This document shows, one piece after another, positions 26,040-40,789 of a stretch of DNA of 64,000 bases (positions are counted from its first letter, which is position 1; every line of letters starts with the position of its first letter). The notes under the pieces were generated by a model. It was given only the letters and a program-made list of their open reading frames with translations, searched no databases and had not been told where the DNA came from. Both the position numbers and the translations under genes were made by a program. Origin of the DNA: Camelus dromedarius. Taxonomy: Eukaryota. The DNA is taken from NCBI RefSeq assembly GCF_036321535.1, contig NC_087437.1:71364001-71428000 (forward strand). The letters run 5' to 3'.

Positions 26040-27830
26040 AGGGAGTAACAGCAACAAAAACGGCAAGAGTAGGGAACTCTAAAAGTCGGTACCTCCACGA
26101 AAGCAACAATTAAGCTGGCAAAAACTGTCCGGACCTAATTATTTGGAACTCTGGAGCCCAACCAAAAGCTTACAACGATCAGGGGAATGCTTAATTAAGA
26201 AAAAAACAGCTGAGTCTCAGTAAGAGAGCTCTATGACACTTTAATTTACCCTGGTACCACCCCCTGCTTCACAGTAGCCCACATTCCTGGGACCAGTTTC
26301 TACTACTGGAGCAGAGAACCTTTTAAAGAATTGTGGTTGTTTGCTTTGCCCCATCTGGTGGCTCCCTAAAGGACTAGCTCAAGGATTTGCCTTTGTTCCA
26401 CCTAACTCAGCATCGCCCAGGGCCCTCTACCTAAAGCAAGAGGAAGAGGGTGGGATTTATGGAAACCATTTGAAGGCAAATTCTGTAATAGCTCCTGCCA
26501 CCTGGGACAAGGGAAAACAGTTGAAGCAAACAATAGCCAATCTGAAAAGTCTGGGAGGAAAGGCTGGGAATAAGGGCTTTCAAAAGCCCCCACAAATTCC
26601 AAGGAATCTAGAAAGTCACACACATTTTCAGAGCTGGGAGCAGGCACAGAAAAGACTTAAGGCCCTAAGCTCTCACCTCTGGCCGACCTTCAGCCTCTGC
26701 AGAAAGGGAAAGCTAAGGCAGAGCTCTAAATTGCCAGGCTGAGTGCTGAAGGCAGGCCAAAACACACATGCAGCCCGTATGCAAAGACTGGGAGATCTTT
26801 TTCCTTTCTTTTCTCTCTCTCTCTCTTTTTTATTCTCGAAGTTTAAGGAAATCTCTGTCAAATCAGTAAGCTAACAGAATAGAGATTTCCATGCCACCCA
26901 TGATAAAGAGCATAAACTTTCCAAAATTAATTCACCTTATGAGGTATGTAGAGTAGTCAGATTCATAAAGACAGAAAGTAGAACGGTGGTTTCAAGGGGC
27001 TGGGGGCAGGGCAGAGTGGGGAATCTGTTGTTTAATGGATGTGGAGTTTCAGTTTGGGAAGATGAAGATGTTCCGAAGAGTGGATGGTAGTGATGGCTGC
27101 ACAACAATATGAATGCACTAAATGCCTCTGCACTGTACACTTAAAATGGATAAAATGGTAAATTTTATGTTATGTGTTTTTTACGACAAAAAAAAAGTTC
27201 ATAGAAGTCACCAAACAACCAGCTAGAACAAGCAACAAACTCTGAGGAGGTAGACAAGCTGATTTCAGGAGTTGCCACATTATAATATTCCAAATGTTCA
27301 GTTTTCAACACAAAAAATTACAAGGCTTTTGTAAGACAAAGCAAAAAGGTATGGTCCAGATAGAAGAATTAATGGAAACTGGCCTGTAATGAAGCCCAGA
27401 CATTGGACAGACAAAACTTTAAATCAACTATCTTATACATGCTCAAACAGCTAAAGGAAACCATATACAAAAATGGAAACCGTGAGAACAATTTCTCACT
27501 AAACAGAGAATGTCCATAAAGAAATAATAGCAACTACATAGGAAGTCTGGAGTTGAAAAATACACTAGCTGAAATGAAAAATTACAGGGGTCCAAGAACA
27601 GCTTTGAGCAGACAGAAGGAAGAATCAGCAACCTTGAAGATAGTTTGGTTGAGATTATCCGGTCTAAGGAGCAGAAAGAAAAAAAATGAAAAATGAACGG
27701 AAACTAAGAGATTTTGCTGCATCAGTAAGTGTACCAACATACCCATAATGGAAGTCCCAGAAGGAGAGAAAAGAGAGAAAGGGACAGAAAGAATAACTGA
27801 GGAAAATAATAGCCAAATAATAATAACAGT
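26040..27830 (+). mobile_element. Old L1 5' UTR / ORF1 remnant with a nested L1M 3' fragment (26935-27200)
   Basis: ORF1-like gcagacagaaggaagaatcagcaaccttgaagatag, ggaagtcccagaaggagag. Confidence 0.7.
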
Positions 27831-29129
27831 AATAAAACTCTTAAGTACTGATTAAGTGTTGATATGGAAAGATCTATAAAACATATCATTCAACAAGAAA
27901 AGCAAAGTACCTGTGTAGTGCCAAAAATGCATGCTGTGAATCTCATCATGAGGAGACATCAGACATATTCAATTCGAGGGACGTTCTATAAAATAACTGA
28001 CTTGAATTCTTCAGAAATACCAAGCTCATGAAGCCACAGGAAGACTGAAGTATTGCTCCAAATTAAAGAAGACAAAAGACATACAGCAACTAAATGCAAT
28101 AGGTGATCTTGAATTGGACCCTGAAACAGAAAAAAAAAAAAAAAGTTTTATAAAGAACATTATTGGGACAACTGGAAAACTTTGAAAAAAGTTTGCAGAT
28201 AATAGCATTTATTCAATGCTAATTTCCTGTTTTTGATTATTGGACTGTGGTTAGGGATGAGAATGTCTTTGTTTTAGGAAATATATTGATGTATATTTAT
28301 TTAGTTTTAACTGATGTATTTAGGTTTCACTCATGCTCAAATGATTCAGAAAAAAATTATGTGTAGAGAGAGGGAATAATAAAACAAATAAAGCAAACAC
28401 AGAAATGTTAATAACTGAAGAATCTGAATCAAGGGTTTATGGGAAGTGTTTGTACTATTCTTGCAGTTTTCCTTATTTCAAATAATTAAAAACTATTATA
28501 ACCAATGAAAAATAAATCAATAAAGGGAAACCAGCCTGCACAGATGTTTTTTCTGCAGTTGCACAAGTGCAAGCACAGAATAAGTGGAATTGGATTTCAT
28601 TAGAGTTGATTTTTACCAGGTGACTATGCCAAAGCACAAGAGGAGCAAGGGAGATGAGTGTGCATGCAAGTGTTTGATAATAATGATTGTCCCTGGATCC
28701 TGGGTAAGAAGAAAGCAAGGTTATAAGAGTGTGAAGGACAATGAAAAGTGTTAGGATTAAAGGTCTGTAAATCTAGTTGGAATTGAAGGATTGCTGGTAA
28801 TAACTACAATTTTAAAAGTTGTAGGTTCTATGTAAATAATAATGTGATGGGAAGAAGCTCATTTTGTTTCTTATCTGCAAAATTCATAGACATTGTGCTA
28901 AACAAATTAATTTTTTAAAGAAAAAAATTAGAGGTAGTGAGTTGGAAATATAAGAATGGTGCTTGAAATTGAGATTGTGGACAAGTTGTGGTTATAAAGT
29001 TCTCTGATGCGAATATGAGAGTAGATGGCTGACTAGAGTGGGTGATAAGATCATGGGGGAGAGAGAGGTCAAGGAACTAAGAAGCAAGGGATTGGAGATA
29101 CGATCTTGGTAGGTATTGAAATCACCAAG

Positions 29130-29486
29130 TGCTATGGTTTATATGTGTCCCCTCAAAATTTATATGCTGAATCCTGATGACCAAATGTGATGGTAATAGG
29201 AAGTGGGGCCTTTGGGAGGTGCTCGGGTCATGAGCGTAGAGTCCTCATGAATGAAATTAGTGTCCTTATAAAAGAGACCTCAGAGAGGGTCCTCACCCTT
29301 TCATCAAGTAAGGACACAAGAGAAAAGTCATCAGCTCTGAACCAAGAAGAGGGAGCTCCCCAAAACACAACCATGCTGGCACCTTGATCTTGGACATCCA
29401 GCCTCCAGAACTGTGAGAAATAAATTTCTATTGTCTACTAGCCACCCAGTCTCTGGTATTTTGTTATAGCACCTCAAATAAAGGAA
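29130..29486 (+). mobile_element. MaLR solo LTR (MLT1A/B-like)
   Basis: tgctatggttt...ccagcctccagaactgtgagaaataaatttc; 5-bp TSD CCAAG at 29125-29129 and 29487-29491. Confidence 0.85.
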
Positions 29487-29723
29487 CCAAGCATAAAAAA
29501 GAATAGCAAGTACAGAGAAAAGTGACCGTGAACAACTTACAAAAATCTTCAATAAAAAAGAGTATATAAACTGAGTTGACAGATGACTGCAATAAAGAGA
29601 GGCAGTCTGTGGCGTGCTTTTCTGGCATGAAAGTCAGAGCTGGGGTTTTAGGGGAAAAGTGAAGTAGAAGAGTCTGGAAGTAATAGCAGAAAGAAAGGCA
29701 ATCAGTTTTTCTCTGGGCTCAGT

Positions 29724-30190
29724 GGTGTTCCAATTAGTAGAGCTATATGACAAATCACCCAAGACCTTAGTGCCTTGAAAATAATGATAATCATTATCTC
29801 TCACAGTCTCTGTGGATCAGGAATTTGGGAGCAGCTTAGGTAGGCAGTTCTGGCTCACCATCTCTAGTGAAATTGCCCTTAGTAATCCTGTGTGGCTCCA
29901 GTCATCAGAAGGCTTGACTGAGGCTGGAGGAAGCACAGTCAAGGTGTCTCATGCAATGGCTGGCAACCCGGTGCTGGCTGTTTGTTTGAGGCCTCAGTTC
30001 CTCTCCACATGAGCTTCTCCAAGATGCTGCTTGGCAGTGCCTTTCCTCAGAGCATGCTGATCCAAGAGACCAAAGTGAAAGCTGCAACGCCTTTTAATGA
30101 CCTAGCCTTGGAAGTTACACAATGTCACTCACACACATTTGGGATCAAAGGGTCGGCCGTGATTCATTCTGGAAAGCAGGGGGACAAATG
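29724..30190 (-). mobile_element. MaLR LTR (older MLT1)
   Basis: tctcacagtctctgtggatcaggaatttgggagcagctt, cttttaatgacctagccttggaagt. Confidence 0.7.
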
Positions 30191-33100
30191 GTAACTGACT
30201 TAAACTGACTTATAAAACTAAGAAAGCGAAGTCCTAAACTGGTAGTGGGGAAAACTGAGACCAAATTCATATCACAGAATCCTCAAAAAGCATAAGAATT
30301 AGCAGTACCAAAATACTGGTGTGGAATTGGTGATCAATAAAAAGGAGAGAAGAAGTAGAATAGTAGCCAAAATAAGGGAAAAAAATGAAAGTCAAAGTTG
30401 TTTGAGAAGCAGTTACTTCCCTAGATCATCTCCCCACCTCCAGGCTACTAGGCAACTCTAAAATTTTAAGGTGTACAGTGTCTCAAAAAAGTTACCACCC
30501 TACATGAGAAAGAAGCTACAGGAGAAACTGCTCATTGAGAGACCAGTAAAGACAAAATGTGGGATGCCAAAAAACAGGAAATGGAACCAGGAGAGAGATG
30601 AAGGGAACTCCCAAGAAGATGCTGAAGGCAGATCCCAGAATGACAGCTGGGGCTGAGCTACAGAAGACATCCACCTTAGAGGAGGGCAGTGCAACTCAGG
30701 GGACACACCAGTTGAGCTCTGTCATCTCCAAGATCCCTGTAGCCATCGACCTTCTTTTAGCTGAGGACAGAATCCCCCCAGGGCCTCGCTCAGAGTCTTC
30801 CCGCACTTAGTTTGTGAAGTTCCTATTCTCCCTCTGGGCTCTGCTGCTTCACTCCACAGGTTTCTGCTTTGACGTCCTTCTGAGAGTAGGAAGTAGCCAG
30901 AAGAGGTTAAAAAGCAGAAAACACAGAGCAGTCCACTCTCTCTGACCATATTTTTGCTAAATATCTGTTATCAGGTCCAGGGGCCCAAACTATGATGAGT
31001 CCTATGCTCTCAGGACTCTGTAAAGCCCTTGTCTCCTGACTTCCCTACAAGAGGTTCTTGTTAATGCTCAGGGAACCTGATGTCAAATCATAGGCTATGT
31101 TCAGTTTATTTTCTTCTAGATGCTTTATCTGATGGGGCAATGTCACTCTTCCTTTACACAGGAAGATTGGTGCATGCTTCTCAGATTTTTTTTCTTTTTT
31201 TTTAAATTAAGGAATATATTATTGAGGAACACCTACATGGGTGGTAAATCTGCAAATAAAACAAGGGACCTATTAATACAAAATTCAGAGTGATTTGTAT
31301 CCTTAGGGGGAGGAAGATAGATGCAACTGAGTAGAAACACAGAGGGTTTCTATGTTCCTTGAATGTTTTATTTCTTAATCTGAGTAATGGGTACATACAT
31401 ATTTATGCTATTTTTTAAATTGCCCCTGTAAATATTATATATTCTTCTGTATGTATGATACATTTCATAGTATTTTTAAGTTAATAAAAAATAAACAATT
31501 AACAAAAGTAATTGTCTTTCTATGCAAATGTTGCTCATTGAATGTTGGACTGACAGGAAGATTTCGGATTTGATTTGAATCATTTTTGTAAGATGCAAGT
31601 GGCCTGAATATATTTTTAGCCTAATAGGAAAAAGCCAAAAGAGAAAACGTGGCTTAAGATAAGGAAAGGGGTCATATTTCCTGGGAGACTAGGATAAGAT
31701 CCACTGGACAGAACAACTTTAGAGACTAGCAAAATCTAAGGATACACGTGAAAGAGAAACTGATGTTGGGATAAAAAGAGAAAAGAGCAAGCTGAGAGAG
31801 CTCTTACATCATTTGCTAGAGGTATTGGGTTTCTAGATTTCATTTCATTAAACTGTAAATTATTTACATCCACCTCGAGCCAATTTCTGAAATGGGATTC
31901 CTTATATTATCGAACGTAGCTTTATAACCGATGGTGCTAAATAAATAAACATACCCATATTTGACCTGCCATCTCTCACTTTCCTCTCCTATTCCTTTGC
32001 TTTAGTAATATTTATTAACCTCACTCACAATTTCAGCATCACTATTTTAAGTAGGAATGCTTTGCTTTTACGGAGATATAAGCAAATGTTTTCCGATAGG
32101 CTATTGATAGTGTAATTAAATTCAGAGATCATCAAACATGTTGAGACAATGTTTTCCTTTATGAAATACTCTTCCTGGCAATTAGACATATATAGAAACT
32201 ACATTATCTATTTCATTGAATCTAACAGGCCACAGGAGTATTATTTTTTCAAAATCTTTAGCAAGAGCATTAGCAATTTAGCATTGAATCATAATGATTC
32301 ATGGATAAGTATTAATTCTGCCTAAGAAAGATAAGAACAGAAATTGTACTTACGGTAATTAGAACCCAATGCTAAATATATATAAATTGTAAAATTTATA
32401 GTATTTTTTTTGTGTAGCTATATTTGTTGGGAACAGAGAAGAGAACATTAACATCAGTTAATATCTTGCCTTGAACCACACAACGGTGCATTTTAAAATA
32501 AGTCCAACCCCCGGAAAACAGCATCCGTATGTGGTTCAGATCCTTGAACAGAAGAAAGTCACAGAAGGAAAATATGTACACTTGAATTCTCAATTCTCTC
32601 AAAATGAAGGCTACAGTTTGAAGGATTTCTTTCAGTGAAAACTTCTCAGAATAAAATGTCTGACCATATTGTACATGGTTGGAAAAATCGTGGTAGTTAT
32701 TTCTACTGAGTAAGAATTTAAGAAGAGAAGAAAATGGTACAGAGGGAGGAAATGGAAGATAATGGGTTTGATTCCGTTCCCAAGAAGCTGAGCCTGAGAG
32801 ATTCCTGTACAAGTGACTTGCTGAGGGAGTGCTGCGCAGGGGAAACTTACAAGGGAAGCAGGAAAGAAAAGAACTAGATACTTATGTAAGTGTAGCTGAA
32901 GTTTATCCTCAGCCTGATCCCACAGGGAGCTCTAGAGTGTGCATGTCATCACAGATGTGTCACCTTGAGGCAGGATGATACCCTTACTTGGCTTAGGACC
33001 ACTGGGTGGGGGGTGGGGGGAGCACAGACACAGAATGCTTAACCTTCTAGGCATTGCCAGATGCGGCTGCTTCTGTTGGTTGAGGGCAAGTTTCAGTACA

Positions 33101-33555
33101 AACGTGCTGCTGTGCATCTTAGCAGTCAGCACTCATGTGGACAGCGTGAACTGGCCTGGTAAAGTGCCTACGGGCGGTTCACCAACAGGGTCAACTACGA
33201 ATAATTTTTTTACTTGTGTTCTTTTCTCTTTTTTCCTAACACCTCACCGTTTACTTCAGTTGCACATTTTAACTCCAAAACATTTTTGGTAGTAGCCATT
33301 AATATGTTAAAAATAAAACTGGATTTTAATATTCAGACACCTTTTTATTTAGCATCTGGGTTCACTGCTATCTAATACTTTAAAAACTCAAAAGAAAAAG
33401 GTTAAATTACTTTTCATAAGAGTCATTGAAAGTCTTCAATCTACAGAAGGTATATTTTTGAGTGGTTGAGGGAAAAAGCTTTGAGTAAAATAAAGGAGGC
33501 TTTAAATCCTGGCTCCAATGTTCACTAGCTGTATGATTGTATGCAAGTTTCTTTT

Positions 33556-33746
33556 TTTTTTTTTTTTAACATTTTTTATTGATTTATAATCACTTTACAG
33601 TGTTGTGTCAAATTCCAGTGTTCAGCACAATTTTTCAGTCATTCATGGACATATACACACTCATTGTCACATTTTTTTCTCTGTGAGTTATTAACATTTT
33701 GTGTATATTTCTCTGTGCTATACAGTGTAATCTTGTTTATCTATTC
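33556..33746 (-). mobile_element. Young ~190-bp L1 3' fragment with poly(A)
   Basis: T-tail, L1 terminus, perfect TSD TGCAAGTTTCTTTT at 33542-33555 and 33747-33760. Confidence 0.92.
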
Positions 33747-34149
33747 TGCAAGTTTCTTTTATGTGCTTCATCTGCTTCTTTATCTGGAAAAAAGAGGAAA
33801 AATAATAGTAAGCCCTTCTTAGAGTTGTTGAGAGATTTAAAGAACACATGATAGAGTTCCATCTGTAGTTCAGGTAACAGGGTGGGCCACATAATTAGAC
33901 CACATCTTCTTTATCCAGTCATCTATGGATGGACATCCTTTATAAAGGATGATATAGAAGTTTATTTAGTCAAATGGTTACCTCTCCAACACATACTATT
34001 AAGTACAAAAGAACACAGATACAGAATAACATGTATGTTATGCTTCTGAGTGTTTTTAAGTATGTATTTGTGTGTATGGAAATTTTTCAGAAGTGTAAAC
34101 AAACAAAAGTAGTCACCTCTGTGGAGTACACCTTATGCCATTTCTTTTC

Positions 34150-34650
34150 ATTTTTGAATTTTGTTGTGGTAAAATATACATAACACAAAATTTACCACTT
34201 TATTTTTAAGTATACAATTTAGTGGCATTAAATACATTCACAATGTTGTGCAAGCATCACCATCATCCATCTCCAAAACTTTTCATTTTTCCTAACTGAA
34301 ATTCCTTATCCATTACACAATGATTTTCCCATACCTCTTTACTCCAGCTTCTAGTCACCATTATACTTTCTGTCTATGAATTTGACTACCATAGGAACCT
34401 CATATAGGTGGAATCATACAGTATTTGTCCTTTAATACTGATTTGTTTCACTTAGTGTAGTGTCTTCAAGGTTCATCCATGTTATAGCATGGGTCAGAAA
34501 TTTCCTTCATTTTTACGGCTGAATAATATTCGATTGCATGTACATACCACATTTAATTTATCCATTCATTCATAATTAGACACTTGAGTTGCTTTCATCT
34601 TTTGGCAATTGTGAATAATGCTGCTCTGAGTGTGAACAGGCAAATATCTG
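34150..34650 (-). mobile_element. L1MB-like 3' fragment
   Basis: ggtaaaatatacataac...acctcatataggtggaatcatacagtatttgtcc. Confidence 0.8.
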
Positions 34651-35552
34651 TGGGTTCCTCCCCTATGACTGGTTAAAAACTTTTTAAAATCACTAAATAA
34701 ATACAGGCATTGCCAATTATAAAATTAAGTGCTTGAGAATAAATCTATCAAGAGTTGTATCAGGTTCATTTTTGAAAATTTTTTCATAAATCAATATTAA
34801 GAGGCTTTAAAGAAACAAAATATAGAGAGATGTACCATATTCATATATTGGAAACTCAATATTTTAAAATGTCAAATACTATCAATGTAATTCTAACTAA
34901 AATTACAGTGTAGTTCTGAAAGTTATATAGAATTGCAAAGAATAGCCAAGATGACTTTGAAGAACAACAAAGTAGTAAGATTTGTCCCACTATATATCAA
35001 AACTTAAAGAACTATAGTCATAAAGACAAAGTAGTAATAGTACAGGGATAAACAAATATGGGCAATGAAAAATACCAGGGAACCCAGAAACTCCCCGCTT
35101 GTGAGAATACTTGATTTGTGATAGAAGTGGTGCTGCACAGTCATAGGGAAAGGATGGACTTTACAGTAAGTGGTTCTGAGACCATAAGGCATTCGTGTGG
35201 AGAAATGAATCTGGATTCTTCTACCTCCCATCACACCTAAATGTGAAAGACAAATAATATAACTTCTGGAAGATAATATTAGAGAATATCTTCATGGATT
35301 CCAGGATTTCCAAAACAAGACACAAAGAAGTACCAATCATAAAGAATAGATAAATTTGACAGTATTAAAATTCAGAACTTCTATTAATGAAGACACAATG
35401 ATAGGCAAGTGTTTAACCTATGAGAATGTCTGGTGGAACATGTGAAATTTATTCAGGATACAGGATGATTCTTTATTCCTTCATGTTTTGAAATAAATAA
35501 CATCTTTGCTCTGCCCACTAAATATCACTTGCAAAGAACTCCCCACTCAAAG

Positions 35553-35554
<2 letters not shown>

Positions 35555-35582
<28 letters not shown>
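35555..35582. repeat. (CA)14 microsatellite
   Basis: Direct reading. Confidence 0.97.
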
Positions 35583-35584
<2 letters not shown>

Positions 35585-37464
35585 TATACATTCATTGTGA
35601 CAAATTTTAACACCCTTAAGTTTCCAGAACACCCTAAGGATGATGCTACCATCATTGAGAAATGCTGATCTTTGTCTTGATGCATGGTTACCTGGAATAA
35701 AGGCTACATCTCCTAATTTCTTTGTATTTAGGTGTGGCCTTGTAACTGATGGCTGGTCAATTTTATGTTATCAGAAATGTCCTAATGGGAAGGACATGTT
35801 TTTCTTATTCCTGATGGTTGGAATATGTTATGTAGGTTTGATGGTAGGAGCTGGAGCAGCCAAGTAGGAGGAAAAACATGTACTGAGGATGGAGAAGAAC
35901 AAATTTGAGTACCTGAAGTTCACTATCCACCTTCCAAGTACTGGAATGCTCACGGTTATGTGAAAGAAATAAATTTCAACCTCATTTTAACTACTCTGTT
36001 TCGGATTTCTGTCACTCAAGCTGAACCTAATCCTAACTAAAACAGGGAGATATTTTTATCATCCTTATTTTACAGATGGGAAAACAGAGGTAACTTGACT
36101 GCCAACGTCATACAGCTAGTAAGTAACAGAGTTGGGATTTGAAGTTGGACAAGCTAATTTAAGAACTTATGTCTTACTGACCATATTTTATCCCTGCTAC
36201 TAGATAAAGGGGAAAGAGCCTACCACAATAGTTGATAGTCTTTTAAGTATGAGATAATTGTTAAAGCAGACTTCTCAGGAGATGATGGGGACAGTAGTGA
36301 GAACTGCTTATGTTAAAGAAATTATATTTACATTCATTTAAACATATTATGTAGCTATAACTCAGGAATTCTTTTCCAAAAGAGCAAGCTCATCTTTTTT
36401 TACTTGCTTCTGTCATGTTTATGGAGTAAGTTATCTTAATGAAGTGTAATTATAACATCTTAACTTCATAACATTTAAATGGATATTGCTTATACTTCAA
36501 CCCAATTTGCTGTAAAATCAAGATGCATGTTTCCCCTTCTGCTCAATATATGGACTCAATAGCCTGTGTTTCTATTTACAAAGTTTCTAGGGATTAATTT
36601 AATTTTCTCATGAAAATACATTTTGAGGATATCATATAGATAGATGACTCTTGCTATGACATAGGTCTTTTTTATGAGCAAAAAATTGTAACTAAAGTTA
36701 TAATCTAACAAATGGAAGGTTCAAATAAGTTAGTCACAGAACTTGGGGTAAAATACAGGCAATGTGGTATATGCAAAATTTCCTTTGAGAAGCCAAAAAA
36801 ACACCTCAAAGATACAAAGTAGTTGCAGAGGTACATTGTGTAATTTCTTGCCTGAGCAACTCTATAAAGATGAGAGATTTATTTAATTCTGCTCACCACA
36901 AAACTACTGCTAATCTGGCAATAGTTTAGTCAAACTAATACCAATAAATGCTGTTACAGGAAAGAAATATATTTGAAACGGTTCTTGTCAGTTTATTCTA
37001 TTTCATTTTTAATTTTAAGTTTTTGACTAGGTTAATAGTCACATGGTTCAAATGTAAAGAAATGTTTTATTATTTTTGATTTAGTCAGTTCCTGAAGAGT
37101 TTTGCATTTGATGATGAATTTCTATATGGAATCAAGCCAATATTTACTTGAGGTATTTTCCAAACTATTCAGTAAGCACTTCTATTTCAACAAGCACTAA
37201 GACAGTCAGGCTGTTTAGCAGAGTTGCTAAAATGTCTGGTTTGAAGACTGCCTTCATGATTTTGCCATATCTTCCTATTGCCTGTACTTTTCCATACTTA
37301 ATAGTTTTTCTTAAAAATGACTCACTTCAAAAAAAATTTACTAGCTTGGCCTCCTTCCTAAGCAAATTCTTGAAAGCTTGGATATGAAGTACATGTTCGC
37401 CTCTGTGAATTAAAGTGGATACTATTTACCTGTCTCTCTCTGAAAACTATCTCACAGACACAGA

Positions 37465-37885
37465 GGTGTGCTGTACGGATTCTCCCCTCAAAGACGACTT
37501 GTTGCCCAGCTGCCAGGAGTGTGGTCAGCAGACAGCCTTCAGCTGCCAGCTCCTTCTAGATCAGGTCTACAGATGTCACCTTACCTGAGGTCACATCCCT
37601 ACAGGGCAGCCTGAACCTGGAGGTCAACAGAGAGAGGCAGGGGTATTAAGGCCTGGGTGTCTCAGCCTGATGCGTGTCAACACTGATCAGCAATATTTGC
37701 TCCAGAGCTTCCCCACTGGAGAGGCCAAAGCTTTGCCAAGCCTGCTTTGTATTTTGATTTCCTCTATGACCAACCCTGCTTCACTCCCTTCCTTTCTCCA
37801 GTGTTTCTCAAGTGTTGATTCCAAATGAACAACATGTACCCACATCTCTGTCTCAGCATGTTTCCAAAGAACCCAACCTGCAATG
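37465..37885 (+). mobile_element. LTR16-like ERVL solo LTR
   Basis: ...ctctgtctcagcatgtttccaaagaacccaacctgcaa 3' end typical of LTR16/33-type LTRs. Confidence 0.6.
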
Positions 37886-39234
37886 CTATGCTTGAGGAAA
37901 TACTGCCCTAAATCAATTTTTTAGGATAAATGTCAAAAGGTCTTTATAAAGAATTTGAAATGAAGCACATAATTTAAAAATAAAGGCCATGAATATGATT
38001 TTATGTGATTGGAAGTAATTTGGCTTTTAGACAAGGAGTCCAAAACTCTGAGTGCAATTTTAAGTCATCTAGTAAATGCTAGATGTACTGCCTACTTGGG
38101 AGTTATAACAGTCTAAGAGCTGCTCAGATGATAGTTGAAAATCAGACTAAAAATTATTAATGGATTAAAGAAAAAGGAATTTTGAATCCCAGGATAAACG
38201 CTTTTTTAAAAATATGGAACTAAATTATATTCCTCTATAATTTTATTGACAAATTAAGCCTAAGTGTGGAATTTGACACAACATTGTAAAATGACTATAA
38301 CTCAATTAAAAAAAGTTATAAATAAATAAATAAAATTAGTCAGAATACATGTGAATCTGTAGAGCACTGTTTAAAGCCAGTAAAAAGCAAATTCTTAAAA
38401 TACTGAGATTGTGGTAAAACTTAATATTTGGAGCATATATAAATTTATTTAAGTTTAAGTCTTCTATGTAACTTTTAATATCTAAGCATTGAATAAAGAT
38501 ATTTGTTTTCCAAAACTTGCCCTGTGGTAATAATTAACTTGGGATGTTTGTTAAATTGACTCCTATACCTTTCCACTAGAATGGACTCCAATTCAGTTGC
38601 TTTGGTGCAGAGCCTGGGAATCTGTTCCATTAACACAGTCCCATGTTTCCTATATTCAGACAAGTTTGGGAAAGAGCTAATTAAGACATGTATAATTATT
38701 TAAAACATCAAACCTGCTTTTATCAGTCATCCATTGCTGCTTTGAGGGCTGTGATATGTATTCATGGACATCTGAATACATATTTGTATATAACTTGCTA
38801 TATAGCACTGTTAATGAGCCAACAGTTTCTGCATTCCGTGACTGTGCAGTCTGGTGAGTGTCACTCTGTTCCAGGAACAATCTATTCCCCAAGTCCTGGT
38901 CAGCTGTCTGGCAAAGTAAGTTACTAACTGCAAACAGAACCAAGAGCTTCTGAATCAAAAAATTCAAATCTATCACCACTGCTAGAAAAGTGCAAGTTTA
39001 AAAATCAAACAAAAATGTGATCACTTTACTATTAGGTAAAATTTAAAAGCATTTAAAAGCCACCCCTATACATATCTTAGTGCAAAATTACTTTAAATAA
39101 ATAGAAATCCTTTAAGGGTAATCGTGTTTTGGGTTAACATTAAGTATGACCTATTTACAGAAAAGTACTTGAATCACGTGTGTAAATTTTTACAAGATAA
39201 AAACATCTATGGCACGATCCACATCAAGAATCAA

Positions 39235-39342
39235 TATGTATATTCATGTATGACTGAAGCATTGTGCTGTACACCAGAAACTGACACAACTTTGTAAACT
39301 GACTATACTTCAATTAAAAAAATACAAAAATTAAAAAATTTA
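39235..39342 (+). mobile_element. Short L1 3' fragment nested in an older antisense L1M (~39130-40130)
   Basis: gtatgactgaagcattgtgctgtacaccagaaactgacac...actatacttcaattaaaaaaa. Confidence 0.8.
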
Positions 39343-40789
39343 AAGGATCAGAGCATTACTGACACTCTAGAAGCCCCCCACATTCCACCCTCTTGTTACC
39401 ATCTCCTTCCCCACCATGCGTAACCGCTATCCTGACTTCCAACACCATATACTATGCTTTTGAATCCTGTATAAATGGAATCATACAGTACACTTTCTTT
39501 TGTTTGGCTTCTTTAAACACTGTTAGTGAGATTCATGAATGTTGTTGCATTAACTCTCATGTGGTAAAACTGTTAATATTTGGAGAATATTTATAGTATT
39601 TCATTGTGTGAATATACTACAATCCACTTATACATTCTTCTAAACTACTATTTAGAACTTTCCAGTTTGGAGCTGTTACACATAGTGCTGCTATTAATGT
39701 TTTCGATCATGTCTTTTGGTGAACATGTAAGTATCCATTTCTGTTGTGTATTAGCTATTCCCAATTCAACTTTTGTAGTTACCACCAAAATAGTTCTCCA
39801 AATGTGTAGAAATTTATGCTCCCACCAAAAATGTATGACTGTTCCGGTTGCTCCACATCTTACCAATACCTGGTATTCTCTGTCCTTTCCATTTTAGTCA
39901 GTCTAGTGCATATAAAATGGTATCATCTGGTAATTTTAATTTGCATTTCCCTGATGACTAGAAGCTGAGCATCTTTTTCATACATTATTCAGCAATTTTG
40001 TGAGGTGCTTGTTCAGATCTTTCATCCATTTATCTATTAAGATCTGTCCTTTTTTTTTTTTTTGACTTGTAGGAGTTCTTCATATATTCTGGACACAAGT
40101 CCTTTGTAAGATATTTATTTTTGTTTATATTCTTGTTTCTCCCACTTTAAAGAACTCTATATAATTTTGGTAAAAATGGTGATCTATTTCTAGGCTTATC
40201 TTCCTAAACTCTGGCTCAAACTCTAAGTTACTCAAACACATTTCCTTTCTAAAAAATGATTTGAGTCAACACACTGCCCACAAGCACCTTGGCTAGCCAG
40301 TCATTTCTCCCTACATTTCTTCTAGTTACTTTATGTCACATCTTTTCAACCCAACTTCCTAGTCTGAATGAAGAATACATACATAAAGAAAATATATACA
40401 GTATAATTTAGTGTAAAGAGACATTAGACGTTAGGAGGCCTGAATCTGATGTTAAGTAGCTGTGTGACACTGGGCAAATCAACAAACTCTCTGGACTTCA
40501 ATTTCTCTTCTGTATTATGAGGAAGTTGGAATATATGATCAAAATCCCCATTAAACCAAGAAGCTGCTTTACTTTCAGGAGCATTAAACCCCACATCTGC
40601 TATTTATAACCGTACCTGGTGTGTGTACTATCTGCTCTTTAAAAAACATCTTTCTGAAAAGATTCTCTTTAAAAAAAAACTCTTTTCAAAAAGTGTCCTG
40701 ATCTTTTACAGGTGCTTCTTTATGTTGCAGAACAATGGCTTTTCAGTTACTGATTCAATGATCTTTTCCCCTGGGTTCTTAAGAGGCCT

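Noticed and set aside
26341..26742. 133-aa ORF
   Set aside because: Lies inside an old L1 5' region; TTG start; no protein family recognised.
32396..32812. 138-aa ORF, the longest in the track
   Set aside because: TTG start, partly overlaps an LTR-like relic, no recognisable homology or splice structure.
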